Part shown: positions 12,199-24,439 of the stretch, one piece after another | Numbering within the stretch: position 1 is the stretch's first letter | Layout of the letters: every line of letters starts with the position of its first letter | Assembly (NCBI GenBank): GCA_905178155.1 | Contig: CAJINV010000001.1 | Span: 7,741,123 to 7,805,122, forward strand | Direction of reading: 5' to 3' | Origin: Amoebophrya sp. A120 | Lineage: Eukaryota > Protista > Dinoflagellata | Length of the DNA: 64,000 bases | Notes under the pieces: model-generated | The model's input: the letters and a program-made list of their open reading frames with translations, nothing else | The model's database searches: none | What the model was told of the DNA's origin: nothing | Made by a program: the position numbers and the translations under genes

Positions 12199-13388
12199 CG
12201 TCTTGCGAGCGCTACTTACTATGCTGAAGAGATTTCGAATCTCACAGCGACTGAAAACCTACATATTAACGGCCAAACGCACTATAATTACTTGATACTT
12301 CTTGTGATTTTGTTGATCTGTGCAAAATGTCTAGACGTCAAAAGTTGTCTACGAGAGAGCCAATAATTCCGTACTAGAGATCGTGAAAGGAACAAACAAA
12401 ACGACAACGACATTTCAAGTTCCAACATCAGAGTATTATGAGATTGCGGAAATGGACTTGGAAACGAGTTTTGGAAAAGAGAACGACAAGGAGAATCAGC
12501 ATCATGTTGGTGGTACTTACTCGAACTTCGAACAGCGAAAATCACTTGCATTTTTCCCCAAGCTGCAGGTGCCCCATCGTGCGACCGCGACTGCTCCTAG
12601 GCAGTGAATAGAATGCTGACTTGGATAGCGGATGAAAAATTCACAAGAAACAACGACTAAGTGTACAATAAAAAGCGTACAGGTTTTAGAGTAGTGATCA
12701 TGAAATCTCCATCCCAAACAATAGAGCTACAGGAAAAGAAGACAAAATAGGTACAGGGAAAAGAATTTCTAAAGTGAAAAAAAGAATCAACTCCTATGCG
12801 AAAAGAATATTACTGACTCATATACAATTCTATGTGAAAATAACTGTGCAAAATCTGTAAAAGTTAAACGAATAATGAGACTTCTCTACGAATAGAGCTA
12901 CGTCACGGTGAATAGAAGAATGTAAAAAAAGGTAAAAAACTGTGACTGTCTGATAGAAGAACGTCTGATAATAAACCCACCATAACTTTTCTCCGGATTC
13001 GCCAACTTTGTCCAGGATAGAGTTGTGCATTTTCCTCTAACTGGCCGAACCTCCTTCACGCCATGCATAAAGTTAAAAACTGTTTATTTTTTCCCACGTG
13101 TAAAGAACATCAACGAGACTACTTATTTTTTCGGGTGACTACAAGTAAGATTCCTCTTGAAACTGCGACTTAAAAAATGTACAGGACGAAACATTACTGA
13201 ACCTCCCCTTAACGATCAAAGAAAGAGAAACGGAACGATTTGCATTGATACCACACTAAAGTTGAAATCGAAACAGAAGAAGGATGCAAAACTTCTACAT
13301 CGATCATACAAACAAACTTTGTCTTGAATTCGTTTTTCCCTTCCAGCGAGATGTTGACCTCCTGAAGAATCCCACTGCTGAACTGAAC

Positions 13389-16300
13389 TCACGCCCCACG
13401 CGTGGACAGGAAGGGTTTCTTGGCCATGGGCGAGGTGCCGAGGATGAAGTTCTGCTGTTTGACTTGGAACTGCTCGGAACCGTTCGCTCCGTTCGGGTTC
13501 GCGCCCATCCGTCTCGGCTGTTCATCATTCAGAGTGTACGTTTCGTCGTCGTGGGGACTGACAAACTTTACGTAGGGATTCCTTCCCGTCGGCCCATTGC
13601 GGACACTGGCGAACTCCGCGCGCCGGCGCAGCGACTCTTGCAAATTCACTTCCTGTTGCTGCGAAGTGAGGGTTGCCTGCTGCTGGCTGATGTTATTTCC
13701 TTGCTGAAACTGCATGTTGTTGTTTCCTGCGAAGCTCGAGGAGCTGGCGGTTTGCTGATTGTAGTTCAGCATGTTGAGGTGCGTCGGCTGCTGGTACTGC
13801 TGATGATGTTGATGACCACTACCGTTCGACGCCATGAAATTGTTCCCGCCCTGCATGTTCATGCTGAACAAGTTGTTGTTCGACGAGGAAGCGGCAGCAG
13901 CCGTGTTTCCCATCTGCTGGTCGTTGCCTTGCTGCTGAAAAAACTGGTTGATCATCACATTGTTCTGCTGCGCGTGCGTGGCCACGACGCCCTCCATAGG
14001 AACGCCGGCAGTGTTGTTTCCGGTGTTGGTTCCAATGTTGCTAGCCTGCTGCTGAGAAGCGGCCGTTGTGCCGTGGTAGCTGGGTTTCGCGAGGGAAAAA
14101 GGGTTCTCGCGGGAAACCATCGCGGGCGGGGCCATACCACAGGACTCATCACGACTCACATCACCGCTGGGCTGACGCATTGAATGCCAGGAGTTAGAGG
14201 AGTTCGCGGTAGGCTGTATTGCGTTTTTTTTTTGCCGATTGGTATCGACAAAAACAAATGAAATGTAGTTTGCATCAAATTTTTACAACAGTAGATCAGC
14301 TTTAACATTTACATTCGTGATCGTGCCCCATCTAAGAAGGAAAAAACAAGTATACCTGACTCGCGTGCGCAGCGGCAGAGAAATGGTCCTTGACCATGCA
14401 GTGGGTGTGCATGCGGTTCATGACGAACAGCGGGATCTCCTCCGCGTTGGACTGCGCGATGGTCAGTTCCTGGCCTTCGGAGTGGGAGGATCGGTGGAAC
14501 ATGGCCTTCAACCCGGTGTAGTTCGGAATCTCCGCAAATTCCAAGGTCTGGCAGTACAGCACAAAGTACAGCAGCTTTTCTGGGACCTGGATTTTTTTTA
14601 ACGTATATTTTCGGGGAGCGATATTAGTCACCCCCATGCTCAGGAATGTTGTCAACTTCTACCTTCTAAAATCGTCCCCCCGCATTCAACAGTCAGAAGC
14701 GATACAGCCTCGAACCATGTTCACGAACCATGTTCACATTCTCATTCAGCGACTTTATCATACCTTTTCACGATTCAGCTTCGGCAAATTCCCCTCGATG
14801 AGATCGTCCGGGCGCGTAGTCATGGTGGTTTGGAACAAGCCCAAATCGCACTTTTTGTCCGGCTTCTTGGAGTTCTGCACGGCAGACCGGCGGATAAAAA
14901 CCTTGGTTTCGTCGTTGGTGCGCTGCAGCGCAGCGGCATACGGGGTCGCGTTACGGGACGGGTTGGCAAGAATCTCCGCAATGTCGACCTGGAGAGAAGT
15001 AGTACGAAATTTTTCTTCACTAAAACTAACTCGATAAGAATCATGTCGGCGGGACCTTGCTACATTCATCAGACGAATAAGTAGGCAGATAAATTATTCG
15101 CTACGTGCACTCACAATTATACGCACCAACACACTCTGAAAAAGGAGGAGTCAAATATTACCTTGTCCTCAAACAGCACAGACAGCATCTCCCAGTAGGG
15201 TTCCAGAACCGCGGACCTCCAGGCCTTGAAACTACGGTTACCCATCACCAACCACAAAAGCAGGTAGGACAAAGATTCCAAGTCATCGCGACGGGATGGC
15301 TGGCAACGGTACCTGATAATGAAATGGTGAAACCTTCTTCAAGTTTTGCACCTTTATGAATGAGAACCTTGTGCTGACAAACAGCCAACCAGGCGAAGAG
15401 AACTTCTCAACCGACCAACATGATCTCAACAAAAATCCTACCTAGACGCCCTGGAACTGTAATCCATGCTGCCACAGAACCGGCAGTGCCTCTTGGGCTT
15501 GGTATTTTCGGCGACGAAGTAGCTCATACCCAGGTCGATCAGCGCCAGTTGATCAGAATTGGTGACCACGTCCGTTTCCAAGGTGCGATTACGATCGCGA
15601 AAGACGACGTTCTGCGGCTTCACGTCGTGGTGGAGGACCTTATCAAATGTAAAAATGTCTGGGTCTGGAAGAATCATGGTGTTTCTGCATGACACAGAAG
15701 GTCTGGCATGGAAGCTCTAGCATCACAGGCTTCGAGAAGCTTCCGCAATGCCGAATCCGCATGACAATCCCCCATTTTGGTGACAGAAAGTGAGCAGCTT
15801 TTGCTGCCTATGCATCAGAGATTTTTGTGTGTTCTGAAATGCGCATCACAAGTTAGTACATCCTTCCAGACCCAGACATTTTTGCATTTGATAAACCTTC
15901 ACCTTGTGCAACTGTTCCAACACTTCGATCATCTTCTCGGCGATTATCCACAGTAAATTTCCTGTGCACGTACAAACGCGGTTTCTGCATGACAAAACTT
16001 GCCTTCGATCCTAGTCCAGCATGACAAGTTGGCCTCTGCAAGTTAGCGAAATTTGTCATGCATTTTGTACATGTACAGGAAATTTACATTGCATAGCGAT
16101 CACGTAGATCGAACGCAGCTCCATGGTACTGCCACGGTTCGGGACCTAGTGTCGTGCCATTTTATTTTTGAACACAGAAAGGTAAGTTTAATCTCACATC
16201 GAAAGCGAAGGGTAAGTTTAATCTCACAGTATTCAATTCTTGCAAAAAAACAGAGCTAAAAAATGTAATGAAACGAGCAGATCGAGTTTGTTTCATACGT

Positions 16301-18225
16301 TCAATCCCTGTTCGATCTGCTGTGCGCGCTTGTTGCAGACCGCCTGCAGCTATGGATTGCAAAAATGTCTGGGTCTGGACGATTCTGCGACTTGTAATGC
16401 TGTCTTTGGATTCCAAAAGAATCTGTATTGCATGACCAGCAACAGGACTCCAGTTTGTGTATACGCGGAGAGGGCATTTCTCATGCGGAATAGGCATTAG
16501 GAAGCTACCTAAAAATCTGTGTTGCTAGATCATGCATTAGAGACATCAATCATCATACAAAATATGCATGACGAGTCTGCATTCTTCCAGACCCAGACAT
16601 TTTTGCATTTGATAGCAGCATCATGCGAATGCTGGGTCCGAACAGCTCGAGTGCCAGGTAGTCCGGCTTGGGATCCTGCTCTGAGTGCGAGCCGTGCAGC
16701 GCAGCAATTCTGGTGTCGAACAGACGCGGGATGGCGGACACACGGTGCTTCACGCAGTGACTGTAGATCGCGTACTCCTTCTCGAAACCCTTGTTCTTCT
16801 GCGCTGTGCGGTTGCCGACCTTGAGAGCGCACAACTCATTGTTCACGCGATCAAACGCTTCGTAGACGACGCCTTCACCACCAGAACCCAGGAAATTGCG
16901 AATGTCGAACCGGGCCGTACCAAGATCCGGGATTTCGTGTTCCTAATTTTTTACTTTGGAACAGTAAATCGTTGATTTGTCACGCATGAATTTTGCGACA
17001 TGCTTCACTCGCGCAAAAAGGAGAAACAAACGAGGGGCTAGGATACATGGTAGAGCTCAAGAATTTATTTGTACCCACAAGTCTATCGCTTGATTCGCCA
17101 AGGAAAAAAATGGAGGAAGAAGCTGTGTTCACAAACACCCATTCTGTTAGTAAGTGGAAGTACTTACCTCATGCTCCACCATCGCTGCGGCTGCAGAAGC
17201 AGCCCCACCGTGCTGATGGTGCTCCGGCGTCGGTGCGCTGCCGTTCGTGTGACCCGTGTACAGTTTGCTAGGGCTATCGGACAGGAGCACACGACTGGAC
17301 CGGTCCACGTTGAACAAGCCCGAGGGGGTGTTACCCGCGGCGTACATCGTTTGCTGCGGTCCGAGCTGCACAAAGTTCTTCGACGGAGTCTGCATCTGCT
17401 GCTCATTCTGCTGCGGTTGTTGATGTCCTCCCTGCTGCACCACGACTTCGTTGTTTTTCGACGGCAGAGATTGCAGCGACTCCTTCGAAGACGGCGCTTT
17501 GGTCGTGTCGCCACTGATCGTGCGCTTGTTCTGGTGCGACGCACTGGCGTTGCGGGAGAGGCTGGGCGCGCCCCACTTCTGAATCAACGACTGCGTCGCG
17601 TTCATTTTGCTTCCACTGGCGTTCTATGCATTGCAAATATGCCTGGGTCTGGATGGATTCGAATTTGTGATGCAAATTCTACATCATGACAAAATCTGCC
17701 ATGTTGCATGGTCAGCAAAAGGTCCCGCTTCCTGTTACAGAAAAAGAGCATTTGTCATGCGGATTAGGCATCGAGATTACCTACTCGGGATCTGTAATGC
17801 TAGGGCTTGCAAACTAGACAATCCGGGCTAGGCAAAAACTGCATCACAAATGTCCGCACTCCTCCAGACCCAGACATTTTTGCATTTGATACGTTCAGCG
17901 TCGGAGTGGATTCGACGTGCGCACGGCGCTTCCTCCTTCCGGAGGGCGAAACCGAGGGAGAGGTGGAGGGTAACCGGGTTGTAGTTGTCGTGGTGCTCAC
18001 GACCCGGGCCGGACTGTTTGCTTGGCGGTTGCGACGCGGGCTCTTGCTCAGCGTGTTGATTTTCTGGCTGCTCTGCGACCCGCGATGCAGGTTGGTGCCG
18101 CTGTTCTGTCGGCTCGAGGATCCGAGTGTCGCCTTATTCGGGGTGGTGGAAGACCTGTTCGTCTGCGTCGCCTGCTTTGGTTCGTCCTCTCGGTTTCTAA
18201 AGTAGCGCGTCTGCAGAAACCACAT
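13389..18225 (-). CDS. Casein kinase 1-family protein kinase with long low-complexity N- and Q/N-rich C-terminal extensions (many exons)
   Basis: FLGSGGEGVVY, CALKVG, YLALELFGPS, LHHDVKPQN, LIDLGMS, FCGSMDYSS and the CK1 hallmark SRRDDLES. Continuous only after removing four TIR elements and several GT-AG introns. Confidence 0.85.
15641..15893. mobile_element. Introner-like TIR element, class A (253 bp, TSD GACCT/AACCT)
   Basis: 30-bp class A TIRs with a 4/5 direct repeat. Excision gives LEQLHKVK|VLHHDVKPQN. The only copy readable as GT-AG (15896 to 15639). Confidence 0.92.
15945..16095. mobile_element. Introner-like TIR element, class D (151 bp, TSD GCGAT)
   Basis: Left TATCCACAGTAAATTTCCTGTGCACGTACAAA vs right reverse complement TATGCAATGTAAATTTCCTGTACATGTACAAA. 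GCGAT at 15940-15944 and 16096-16100. Excision gives RSIYVIA|EKMIEVLEQ. Confidence 0.9.
16351..16614. mobile_element. Introner-like TIR element, class A (264 bp, TSD GCAGC)
   Basis: TATGGATTGCAAAAATGTCTGGGTCTGGA...TCCAGACCCAGACATTTTTGCATTTGATA. GCAGC at 16346-16350 and 16615-16619. Excision gives GPSIRMML|QAVCNK. Confidence 0.92.
17625..17891. mobile_element. Introner-like TIR element, class A (267 bp, TSD CGTTC)
   Basis: Class A TIRs. CGTTC at 17620-17624 and 17892-17896. Excision joins ORFs 17800..18225 and 17147..17605 (TPTLN|ASGSKMNAT). Confidence 0.92.
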
Positions 18226-19000
18226 TGGATTTTCTAAAAAGCGGTTGGCATCGCAAGAAAAAATGCGATACCGAAGAGGTTTTTACGAAGTTCTTATCCT
18301 GACGTCCTGATACTGCCTGCACTGCCCAGATTTCGAGTTATTGACTTCCCCTTGCTAGCTATTCTGTCCCGAAAAAAAGTATATTGTCTCTTCTGCTTGC
18401 TGAAAGCTTTGCTGTCGTGTCTTTACGGAATCAAATTCACACGAACTGTTGTGCGAAAATGATGAATTTTAGCTCACCTCAGAGCGAAAAAAAAGGAAAA
18501 AAATGCTATCAGTGGTTGTTCTTGTTGAGAGGTAATGGTAAAACCCTCTTACAACGAAACGCAGGTGCAACTGCATCCACGTGATGAATATGAGATCTAC
18601 ACCAACTCTACAAGACGATATCGACGAAACGGAACGACCCTGATACTGATTGGTACAATTTATTACGCATGAAAAAAAAAACAGATGCAACCAGCCTCGG
18701 TAGCAATGGCAATGCACAGCCACAGACAAACAACGACTAATAGAAAAAAAGCACGACCGATGTGAAGATTTTACCGAATACATCCACGACCACGAGTGCG
18801 AGTTGTCATTCCAATTACGAAAATTTTCTTAGGGACTACACGAGGAACAAAAGACACGAGCATGGAGCTCTTCCTTTTTCGAATATTCAACGACCCATGA
18901 ATCGAGCACGATGATCTCGTGCCGTGTGCAGATTTGACGTCGCATGTACATCAATCATGGGAAAAATCGACAACTTTTCTTGCCAAAAAACGGTCGCGGC

Positions 19001-20422
19001 TCAACTACTTTCAACAGATTTCAAATCTATGTCGCCATCTTCGTCCATGTCATCGGTATGATGATTCTGATGAGTCTCTTCAACATCTACATTTTTCTTC
19101 TCGGGGTTGCCTGCTGTGTGATTTCCTTCCATTGCCACATCTTCATCGGAGATGTCGCCTTCCATCTGGATGCTGCCTTCCTCATCCGAATCGAGGGCCA
19201 CATCTTCTTGCTCGACACCAGCTGTATCGCGGTTGCCTACCCCTACTGGCGGATGTTCCGCTGCTGTTTTATTTGCCGCTGGTACAACTACAGCTGTTGA
19301 GGCTGGTACTGTCGCGGAAGATGTCGCTTTGCTGCTCGCCTTCGATACTCCTACCGGGGCAGGCGCTATCGACTTCGACTTGGCCGCGACAGACGCCTGG
19401 TTTTTCAGTTTTGCGAACAACCCGGTTGAAGATGGAGCGAGGATGTCGTCGAAGCTATTATTCCCCATGTCGTCGAAGCCCTCTTCCTCGTCTTCTCCAG
19501 CTCCAGCGAGCAGGGAGTCCAGGAACGACGTAGAAGTCGGAGGTGCTTTCTTTGTTTCTTTTTCCCCGAAAGGCTGCAGAGCCGAAGATTTTGCTTTCGG
19601 GAGTGTGATTTTTGTGGTTGCGACTTCGTCTGCGGGAGGTGGAAGGTCGAGAAACATGCGTGGCTTCTTTGCTGGCTGAGATCCTGCAGCTGAATTTTCG
19701 GTCTCGTCTTGTAGTGCTTTGTCTGCTCCATTCTGATTGGCATTTGATGTAGCAGCTATTGCAGGATTTATTTCATCGTCCTCGCCTTTCGGTTTTGGCA
19801 GCATCACCAAAAAGTGCGCCGCTCCACCGCGAGCTTTCGACACGGCTTTCGGCATCGAGCCCAGTGAAGGGCCGCTGCCGCTCTTTGCTACTGCTGGTGG
19901 CATTTTAGGCAATCCTTGCGGCTGTAGTTGTTCTGGACCCGGGGCTGCTGGTACCTCTGGAACACTTTCTTGTATTTTTGGACTCTCTGGCTCGGGCGGA
20001 TTAACGACGCAAAAGCCATTCTTCTCGTACAAATCTGCCCATGGGTCTTCTATCATGGCTCGTTTCGCAAAAAACGACCCATTGATACTGTCGTGTGGTG
20101 GGTATCTGTTGCTCTTGGGTCCCTTTTTCCCCTTTGCGAAGTCAAAGCGGCCCGCCGCGCCGCCCTTATTTTTCCCCTTGTTATTTTTCTTCCCACCATG
20201 ATCGTTCTGTGTCTGCTTGCCAAATGACATGGGAAGCCCCTTGCCCTTCTTGCTGAAGTAGTCGTCGGGTAGCCTGCGCAGCGGACCTGCAGGACCGGCT
20301 CCTGGCACGGGCTGGAATGGCGCATGGGCCGTCGCTGGAAAAAGGTTCGCATTGAACTTGCCGCCTTTGTTCTTTCCGGAACCGCCGCCAGTAAAGGCAG
20401 AAAGATCGGGTCGGAAACTCAT
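19001..20422 (-). CDS. Single-exon low-complexity protein (G/K-rich N-terminus, acidic C-terminus) with an MPLKIP/TTDN1/SICKLE-like motif
   Basis: 473-aa ORF with ATG and stop. Contains SFFAKRAMIEDPWADL, resembling the YFKPSMLEDPW motif of the MPLKIP family. The family call rests on that motif alone. Confidence 0.65.
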   Translation of the reverse strand: MSFRPDLSAFTGGGSGKNKGGKFNANLFPATAHAPFQPVPGAGPAGPLRRLPDDYFSKKGKGLPMSFGKQTQNDHGGKKNNKGKNKGGAAGRFDFAKGKKGPKSNRYPPHDSINGSFFAKRAMIEDPWADLYEKNGFCVVNPPEPESPKIQESVPEVPAAPGPEQLQPQGLPKMPPAVAKSGSGPSLGSMPKAVSKARGGAAHFLVMLPKPKGEDDEINPAIAATSNANQNGADKALQDETENSAAGSQPAKKPRMFLDLPPPADEVATTKITLPKAKSSALQPFGEKETKKAPPTSTSFLDSLLAGAGEDEEEGFDDMGNNSFDDILAPSSTGLFAKLKNQASVAAKSKSIAPAPVGVSKASSKATSSATVPASTAVVVPAANKTAAEHPPVGVGNRDTAGVEQEDVALDSDEEGSIQMEGDISDEDVAMEGNHTAGNPEKKNVDVEETHQNHHTDDMDEDGDIDLKSVESS

Positions 20423-21548
20423 AATTCTGTCTATCTCTATTTATCAATCATGCGCGGGGAAAAACGAAACGAGTGAATTCCAAATCAGGGGGCTAGTTGC
20501 GGCGATCTAGCTACATACACTACACTACTGCTAAAAACTTCTGGCTTTCGCATCATACTCGAAAATGACAGTCGCTGAGGGAAAAAGGAATTCGCCAATG
20601 AAAAAGCTTCTTGTTCCTTAGCCAGCAGTCTAGGAACAAGATTGACGAAAGGCTATGGTAATGATCTGTCATTCTTCATCAATTATTTCGATTGAACTTG
20701 GTGGTCAAAAACTGCGGTACTAGTCGGAACAGGAAATGCTCTGGGAGTTCTGCGGTGCAGACAAGCCGAGAAATTTCTTTTACTGTACGTATTTTCCAAT
20801 CTTATTCCCATTTGATTAATGACAATACTACGCGTTGGTCAGGTTCGCAAACCAGGAAGGCTTTTTCTAGTAGTTGTGCGGCAGCAGCTCGAAGATCGTG
20901 ACGCGCAGTGTTATTAGGCCCGAAAAAGTGTGCGCACTGCGTCCCTGATCCTAGAATTATCGGTCCAACTACAGCGTCAGTAAAGTAAACATCAATCTAA
21001 AAATATTTTACATAAAGGTGCGTACCTGAACCACAGATATTATGAACGATAGAGTTACAAGAAGATACTGCAGAAACCGAATTTCGAAATAGTAAAATAC
21101 AAGGTAAAAATTGCGAAAATCAAATCCACTAAAAACTTAACCGGGACAAAAATGATACAGTTGTTTGAATGCATAGAGGAACGAGCTCTTGGTCGTGCTT
21201 TACAATCTGGTATATTTTTCAACTTCAAAATTTACGTGCGAAAATTGAGTCTGATCATACATACAACATTGAATAATTTACATCCGCCTCTATTTACATC
21301 GACAACCCCCAATTGGACTGCCCTGTAAAGATAGCTGTGAAAAATGCAAAGAAAAAGAATAAAATAACACACTTTCCTCTCGACAAACACACCCATTATG
21401 ACGAAAGCTTTCAACAACGACCGCATAAAACATTGTAAATTGAACCACCACCTCTCCGTTTTTAGCATTTTTGAATCATCTAAAGTCACATAGTTCGAAA
21501 CTAAAATCTTTCTTCCCAAGAACTGGCCCCTTTTTCGTCTAGCACCAC

Positions 21549-23694
21549 TTACCCCTGGAATCCGCCCTTGGGGAACTGCGTGGGCTGCAGGATCATGTCC
21601 GGATCCTCCTTGTGCCTCGTCTTTGTTATCACACAGAAAAAAGCTGGCAGGTAATGCAAAAATAAATACACAAAAAAACATGGCATATCTGCCGAAACAG
21701 CATTCTATAGGGCCGCCCATGACAAGTTTTTCTTTTTCTGTGTATTTATTTTTGCATTACAAATATGCCATGCCAGCTTTTTGCTCTGGGATATTTGTTC
21801 GGTAGGAAGCCGTGGTAAAACTGTACCGCGGTGCGTTGCCGTACGGGGTCACGATGGCGCCACCCAGTGTCGTCAAATGCTGTTTCATTATTTGTCTTGA
21901 TTGTAATTTGCAACGCAATTTCCTTTCCGCGTAAAAATGCGAAGAGCGCATATCCAACTAGATCACGCATAACAAACGTAGCTATTTGTACCTTGTACTG
22001 ACCCGGCCCCACGCCCGGTGCCTTTGGGTTCACGCCCAAGTGCGATTCCATGCTTGGCCGCAAGCCCGTACCAATCTTGGTTTCCGTACCGACCGGCTCT
22101 TCCACCTGTGTGAAGTTGAGGCTGTACTTATCCCAGGGAAAAATCCCCCTCCCCACATCGAAAAGGTACGTCGCAGAAAATTTGCAATGCTGATTTGCGA
22201 CCACAAATGATCTCTGTCTTGCAAGAAGGCAATTCCACAGGCTCCGCCGCATTATGCAGGCGGTTTGTGGTGCTGTTTGGCCTACAGCGCAGACGCTTCT
22301 CATGCTAAGCGCCTAGGCCAAAACCTCTCTACTCAGGCTTGATGTGGGCCTGCAGTCCTCTTCAGCAAGACAAATCTGATTTGTGTACTCAAATCCAGCA
22401 TCACAAATTTCGTTTTCGATATGGGGAGGGGGGACTTTTCCTTTTGATAGTACTTGCCCGGCCCCGGCCGTTTGTCGTCTTCGGGATTCTCGTAGAACCA
22501 GTTGTGTCGACCCGCAAACTATCAAATGCAAATATGTCTGGGTCTGGAAGAGTGCCAGGTTTGTCATGCATATTTCGCATGACCCATGATGTCTGTGATG
22601 CATGCCCTAGCATCACAGATTTTTAGAGGACTTAGTGATGCCTCTACCGCATGAGAAATGTCCTCCTCACGTAGCCCCAACTGGATTCCTCTTGCTGGTC
22701 ATGCAACACAGATTTTTTTTGAATCTAAAGACAGCATTAGAAGTTGCAAGCTTCCAGACCCAGACATATTTGCAATGCATACAAACTTGATCGTAAGCGT
22801 GGAAAGCGTCGGGTCGTTTTTGTTGTTTTTGTCCCGAACCTGTAGTTTTTGTTTCATGGATGTGCTGCCTGTCATGCAGTATCATCATGATTACTCTTTT
22901 GCTTTCGGTGTCGCGTTGCTTCCCATTGGAAAATCTCGCTCAAAAACATTAATTTTAATTTTTCAACTTCGTGTTCATACCTCGTACTGACCCGGTCCTG
23001 GGCACTTTGGGATGGATTTTGGCAAGCCTGTAATGTCTGGTCGTGTGCTCTTTCCGAAACTAATGTCACTCCGTCGAATCGTACTGCGTGCCGTCTCGTA
23101 TTGACCTGAAGAGTGGATGTAGAATGATTGCTGTCTGTCGATGGAGCCAAAACAGGCGATGAAGTGGAAGTCTGTCATCGTCATGCACTCCAAAATTATT
23201 ACGCATTGACAATTTCATCAAATGGAATCAAACTATACCTGGTCCGCCCGTTGTGTTGTCACCGTAGTTTCGTGCCCACCGTTTTGCGGAGCCAAAGCTG
23301 CATGAATACGTCAGCTGCCCGTATTTTGAGGTGTGTTTCGTCATTTCCCGCACATCGTACCTTGGATTTTTTTGCAAAATTTTTGCCCTGACATGGTATC
23401 CATGTGGCTGAAAAAAAGAAACGGTATCGTATTCTGCTTCTGTTACTGCTAAAAGACATGATGCATTTTTAGTGGTTTTAATAGGTAAAGATAGATACAG
23501 ATCTATGTCGTGATGAAAAAAAATCAAATCAATCGTGTAAAGTACTTGTTCGCAGCTGGGATGTTCTGGTTTCTCTCGATGACCTTCCATTTTCCCGTGA
23601 CTGAGTATCTTGGACCAGCTTCATACTGTGAGAATCTCTGCAAAACGGGAGCGCTGGCACTCCGGTTGCTTCCTACCGGCTTATCGTCTGGCAT
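21549..23694 (-). CDS. ODF3/SHIPPO-like sperm-tail PG-rich repeat protein (multi-exon)
   Basis: Repeated P-G-P-G-x-Y units across exons (NIPAANKY, KCPGPGQYE, KRPGPGKYS, GVGPGQYK). Start MPDDKPVG at 23694, stop after FPKGGFQG at 21549. Two TIR elements. Confidence 0.72.
22129..22449. mobile_element. Introner-like TIR element, class B (321 bp, TSD GTACT)
   Basis: Left TATCCCAGGGAAAAATCCCCCTCCCCACATCGAAAA vs right reverse complement TATCAAAAGGAAAAGTCCCCCTCCCCATATCGAAAA. GTACT at 22124-22128 and 22450-22454. Excision gives PGPGKY|SLNFTQ. Confidence 0.9.
22520..22781. mobile_element. Introner-like TIR element, class A (262 bp, TSD CAAAC)
   Basis: Class A TIRs. CAAAC at 22515-22519 and 22782-22786. 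Excision gives TLTIKF|AGRHNWFYE. Interior is the reverse complement of the 16351/41335 subfamily. Confidence 0.92.
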
Positions 23695-24439
23695 CTTTTT
23701 GACTTCTCAAGAAAAGTAGCAAACTTTATCAACAAGCTGCTCAGGAACGAAAGTTCTTGAAGTTCGGTATCTTAGGTCAATTCTTTAACTTTATCTCTAC
23801 AATCTAAGGCCGAAAAGACCAAGAAATTCGTATTGACTCACTTGATTTACCCCGGCAAGTGAAAAAAAAACGCGAATCTATGTCGATGTTTTTGAGCAAT
23901 TCAATAGTCACGATTTTTTGCAAACAGAATTGGATTGACGACCAAGATACCCCAACACGACCACGAGCGAAATCTACTACAAAAAAGTCCCAAACTTGTT
24001 CGCTACGATCGAGGAGAAAAAATGGTTTTGACGACGTGAAGATGATGATGACGACAGACTTTCCCCGAGAATATACACGACCATAGCGTTCACGATGACG
24101 ATTCTTCTACGCCGAAATCAGCAACATTTTGGTCTACGAAAACCTTAGAGAATGCATCAAGCCATGCCTTGACGAAGGCTGCGGTTGCAACGACAACGAT
24201 TCCGATCTGTCACTGCGACAATTATGCACTGTAGTTTGTTCTTGTTGCGTATGCGTGTAGAAAAAGCCAATCTCGAAAATAATACGATCAAACTAACCTA
24301 TTGTGGAGGATCGATGCAAAGTGCACGGCCCGGGCCGTTCGCCACTACATGGCGGGAACCAAGAATTTTCAGTGCAATTTGGAAAATTGCGCAATTCAAA
24401 AAAATTTTGCCGCCAAAACGTGATTGCAGGAGCCTTCTT

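Noticed and set aside
16181-16228. Duplicated GGTAAGTTTAATCTCACA resembling plus-strand splice donors
   Set aside because: A local 30-bp-spaced duplication inside a minus-strand intron, with no plus-strand gene to serve.
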